64,000 bases of DNA, from the NCBI GenBank assembly GCA_963835085.1, contig CAWIED010000002.1, forward strand, positions 254,603 to 318,602, read 5' to 3'. The notes beneath the pieces are model-generated. The model saw only the letters and a list, made by a program, of their open reading frames with translations. It searched no databases and was not told the origin of the DNA. A program made the translations under genes and the position numbers. The stretch is from an uncultured Actinomycetota bacterium. Its GTDB lineage: Bacteria; Actinomycetota; Actinomycetes; Actinomycetales; CAWJMD01. The first letter of the stretch is position 1, and each line of letters begins with the position of its first letter. This document shows positions 61,741 through 64,000 of this stretch, in pieces.

Positions 61741-61814
61741 GGTCATCAGCCTATTGCGGTCTAATACCGGTGCCGGGTTCGCCCGGTTGTCCGTCCGCTG
61801 CCTCGGAGGTTTCT

Positions 61815-62585
61815 GTGATCGAGCTCGCCAGCCCGCGTGAGGTGGAGCAGATGCGTCCGGTGGGCCGCTTCGTGGCCCAGACTCTGCACGACCTCCGCAG
61901 CCGGGTCACGCCGGGCACCAACCTGCTCGAGATCAACGCCTGGGCCGAGCAGCTCATCCGCGAGGCGGGGGCGGTCTCGTGCTACGTCGACTACGCACCC
62001 TCGTTCGGACGTGGCCCGTTCGGCAAGGTCATCTGCACTTCGGTCAACGACGCGGTGTTGCACGGCCTGCCGTACGACTACACCCTGCGTGACGGCGACC
62101 TGCTCAGCCTCGACTTCGCCGTGAGCCTCAACGGCTGGGTCGCCGACTCGGCGGTGAGCTTCGTGGTGGGCAGCACGGTCGACGCCGACGACCAGGCCAT
62201 GATCGAGACCACCCGCACCGCCCTCGACCACGGCATCGCCGCGGCCGTGCCCGGCAACCGCATCGGTGACATCTCGCATGCGATCGGCACCGTGCTCACG
62301 GGCGGGGGCTATAGCGTCAACACCGAGTTCGGTGGGCACGGCGTGGGCCGCACCATGCATCAAGACCCGCACATCGCCAACCAGGGCAGGGCAGGGAAGG
62401 GTCTGGTGCTTCGCCCCGGCCTCGTCATCGCGATCGAGCCCTGGATCATGCGCGGCACCGACAAGCTCACCGTCGACCCCGACGGCTGGACGCTGCGCAG
62501 CAGCAACGGCCAACGAACCGCTCATAGCGAGCACACCATCGTGGTCACCGCCGGCGGTCCGCAGATCCTGACCCTGGCCGGGTAG
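61815..62585 (+). CDS. map: Type I methionine aminopeptidase
   Basis: CTSVND.VLHG, DSA, GHGVG..MH, AIEP, AHSEHT. Confidence 0.95.
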   Translation: MIELASPREVEQMRPVGRFVAQTLHDLRSRVTPGTNLLEINAWAEQLIREAGAVSCYVDYAPSFGRGPFGKVICTSVNDAVLHGLPYDYTLRDGDLLSLDFAVSLNGWVADSAVSFVVGSTVDADDQAMIETTRTALDHGIAAAVPGNRIGDISHAIGTVLTGGGYSVNTEFGGHGVGRTMHQDPHIANQGRAGKGLVLRPGLVIAIEPWIMRGTDKLTVDPDGWTLRSSNGQRTAHSEHTIVVTAGGPQILTLAG

Positions 62586-62604
62586 GGGCTCAGCCAGCGA
62601 ACCC

Positions 62605-62661
62605 GGCAAAGTTGTGGAGTTCTAGTTACGCCAGGCGATATCAAGACTCCACAACTTTGCC
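62605..62661. repeat. 16-bp perfect inverted repeat with 25-bp spacer
   Basis: GGCAAAGTTGTGGAGT...ACTCCACAACTTTGCC between convergent genes. Confidence 0.8.
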
Positions 62662-62698
62662 CTGGTACCTGGCGTTCAGGCCTCAGCAACAACCCGGA

Positions 62699-63565
62699 TC
62701 AGGACGGGACGTCACCGGCCCTGACCTCGAGCCGGACCACCTCCACCCCGGCGAACCGGATTTGCCCGATAGGCAGCCCCGTCACGATGGTGAGGCGAGA
62801 CCCGCCGGGACCTCGCCGTCCGCTCGGCTCACCCACCCGCACCACCTCGGCGGACAGGTGAACGCGCAGGCTCGCAGCCAGCACTTCGGTGCACTCAGGT
62901 GTGAGATCGGGAGCACTCAGCGCCACCACCAGCGGCGCTCCAGGGGGACGCTCGTCGACGAGTGCTCGTACTGCTGTGGCCGTTCGCAGCACCAGCGGAT
63001 GCCGGCGCTGGTGCCAGCCGTCGAGATCGAGCGGGGTGTCGACGTCGTACAGGCCGGCGGGATCCACCGTCACCGTCACCGGTGCCAGCGGCGTCAGCAA
63101 CGACCTGACCGAGCGCCCGGCGCCGGAGGTCACCGTCGACTCACTCAGCAACCGTGCGGCCGCGGCCGGCGACAAAGCCACAGGAAGAGGCTGGGGGCCC
63201 GACGACCCACGCGCCCAGGCGGCAGCAGCACCTGCCGATAGAGCCGCCAGAAGGGGCTCGATCACGAGGCCGCCGCCGGGCGCATCACCCGGAAGGACGA
63301 CTGCCGGGCCCTGCGCGGAATCCGCGACACACCACCGTAAACCGGTCAGCAGCCCTGCCGCCGGGCCTCCCGCCGCCACCTCGTCGGCAACGACGCGCAC
63401 GCCGGCCCGGCGCGGCAGCTCCCGGTCGGTACCCACCACGACGCATCGATAGTCGGGCGAAACGCCGTCCAAGAGGGTGTCGAGCAGCCCAAGTTGTGCA
63501 GAAAGCTTGTCGGCTCCGAACCGGGTCGAGCGGCCACCGGCGAGTACAACGACAGAGATGCTCAC
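62699..63565 (-). CDS. MobA-like NTP transferase
   Basis: VLAGGRSTRFGADK, GGPAAG, PGD.P, DVDTP. Confidence 0.8.
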   Translation of the reverse strand: MSISVVVLAGGRSTRFGADKLSAQLGLLDTLLDGVSPDYRCVVVGTDRELPRRAGVRVVADEVAAGGPAAGLLTGLRWCVADSAQGPAVVLPGDAPGGGLVIEPLLAALSAGAAAAWARGSSGPQPLPVALSPAAAARLLSESTVTSGAGRSVRSLLTPLAPVTVTVDPAGLYDVDTPLDLDGWHQRRHPLVLRTATAVRALVDERPPGAPLVVALSAPDLTPECTEVLAASLRVHLSAEVVRVGEPSGRRGPGGSRLTIVTGLPIGQIRFAGVEVVRLEVRAGDVPS

Positions 63566-63740
63566 CGCAGCATGCCTCCTCGCACGTGTTCCTGCCGAGG
63601 CGACCCGCCGACGAACGGCTGGGCCGATTGGGTGGAGTCACCTTAGTGGGCGGTCAATATCGGACCATAGCCGTCCGATAGGTCCTCATCGGATGACACC
63701 GATTCCGAAGGTGTCGTCAGACGAGTGGAGGGTCCACCCC

Positions 63741-64000
63741 ATGCTGCGCACTCTCGGCATCAAGTCCAGGATTCTGGCGTTGGCCGTTCCCGTCGCTGTT
63801 GTGACGGCTCTTGCTGTGATTCTTGGTCTGGCCATGGGTGCGCCCGTGTCGGTGGTGCTGCTGATCGGAGCGATCGGCGTCGTGGGTGTGGTGGCCACGG
63901 TGGTGCTGGCGGGCGTGGTTGCGGCGTCCATCGTCGCTCCGTTGGACGAGCTCGGAGCGGCCGCCGACGAGGTGTCCGAGAGCCTGCCCGCCGTCCTGGA
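63741..64000 (+). CDS. Membrane sensor protein with HAMP domain (partial, runs off the window)
   Basis: MLRTLGIKSRILALAVP, two TM segments, then SIVAPLDELGAAADEVSESLP. Confidence 0.65.
   Translation, partial: MLRTLGIKSRILALAVPVAVVTALAVILGLAMGAPVSVVLLIGAIGVVGVVATVVLAGVVAASIVAPLDELGAAADEVSESLPAVL

Overview
High-GC actinobacterial chromosomal segment. Left arm (1-26 kb): divergent MFS/GntR pair sharing a palindromic operator; a complete nitrate assimilation cluster (narK, nitrate reductase, nasB-like, nirBD, nnaR); F420 nitroreductase, lhgO, mycothiol-dependent isomerase, rpiB; an IS4 element; murI, ilvA; a fructose PTS cluster (ptsI, fruR, fruK, fruA, ptsH); a HAD hydrolase. Middle (about 26.3-43.8 kb): an accessory conflict island. 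Its core is a translationally coupled minus-strand chain: LamG fragment > ~2170-codon SpvB/RHS toxin with one in-frame TGA > immunity > a compact signal-peptide toxin without RHS repeats > immunity. Both toxin tips begin at the same 10-bp GCCGCAAACG junction. Around it are a DinG helicase fragment broken by IS1634 (22-bp target duplication) with a nested IS1380, relics of IS3, IS5, IS256 and a RIT recombinase, and small orphan genes. Right arm: pabB/pabC, Gfo/Idh/MocA oxidoreductase, c-di-AMP riboswitch + rpf, ABC importer, HAD, bpa, membrane GGDEF-EAL protein, an in-frame phosphoesterase-sedolisin fusion ORF, HEAT-repeat protein, quinone oxidoreductase, map, MobA-like protein, and the start of a HAMP sensor gene. 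I saw no rRNA, tRNA or CRISPR array. Several single-base frameshifts sit in short G/C runs and may be assembly errors. All family calls come from reading motifs by eye, not from database searches.
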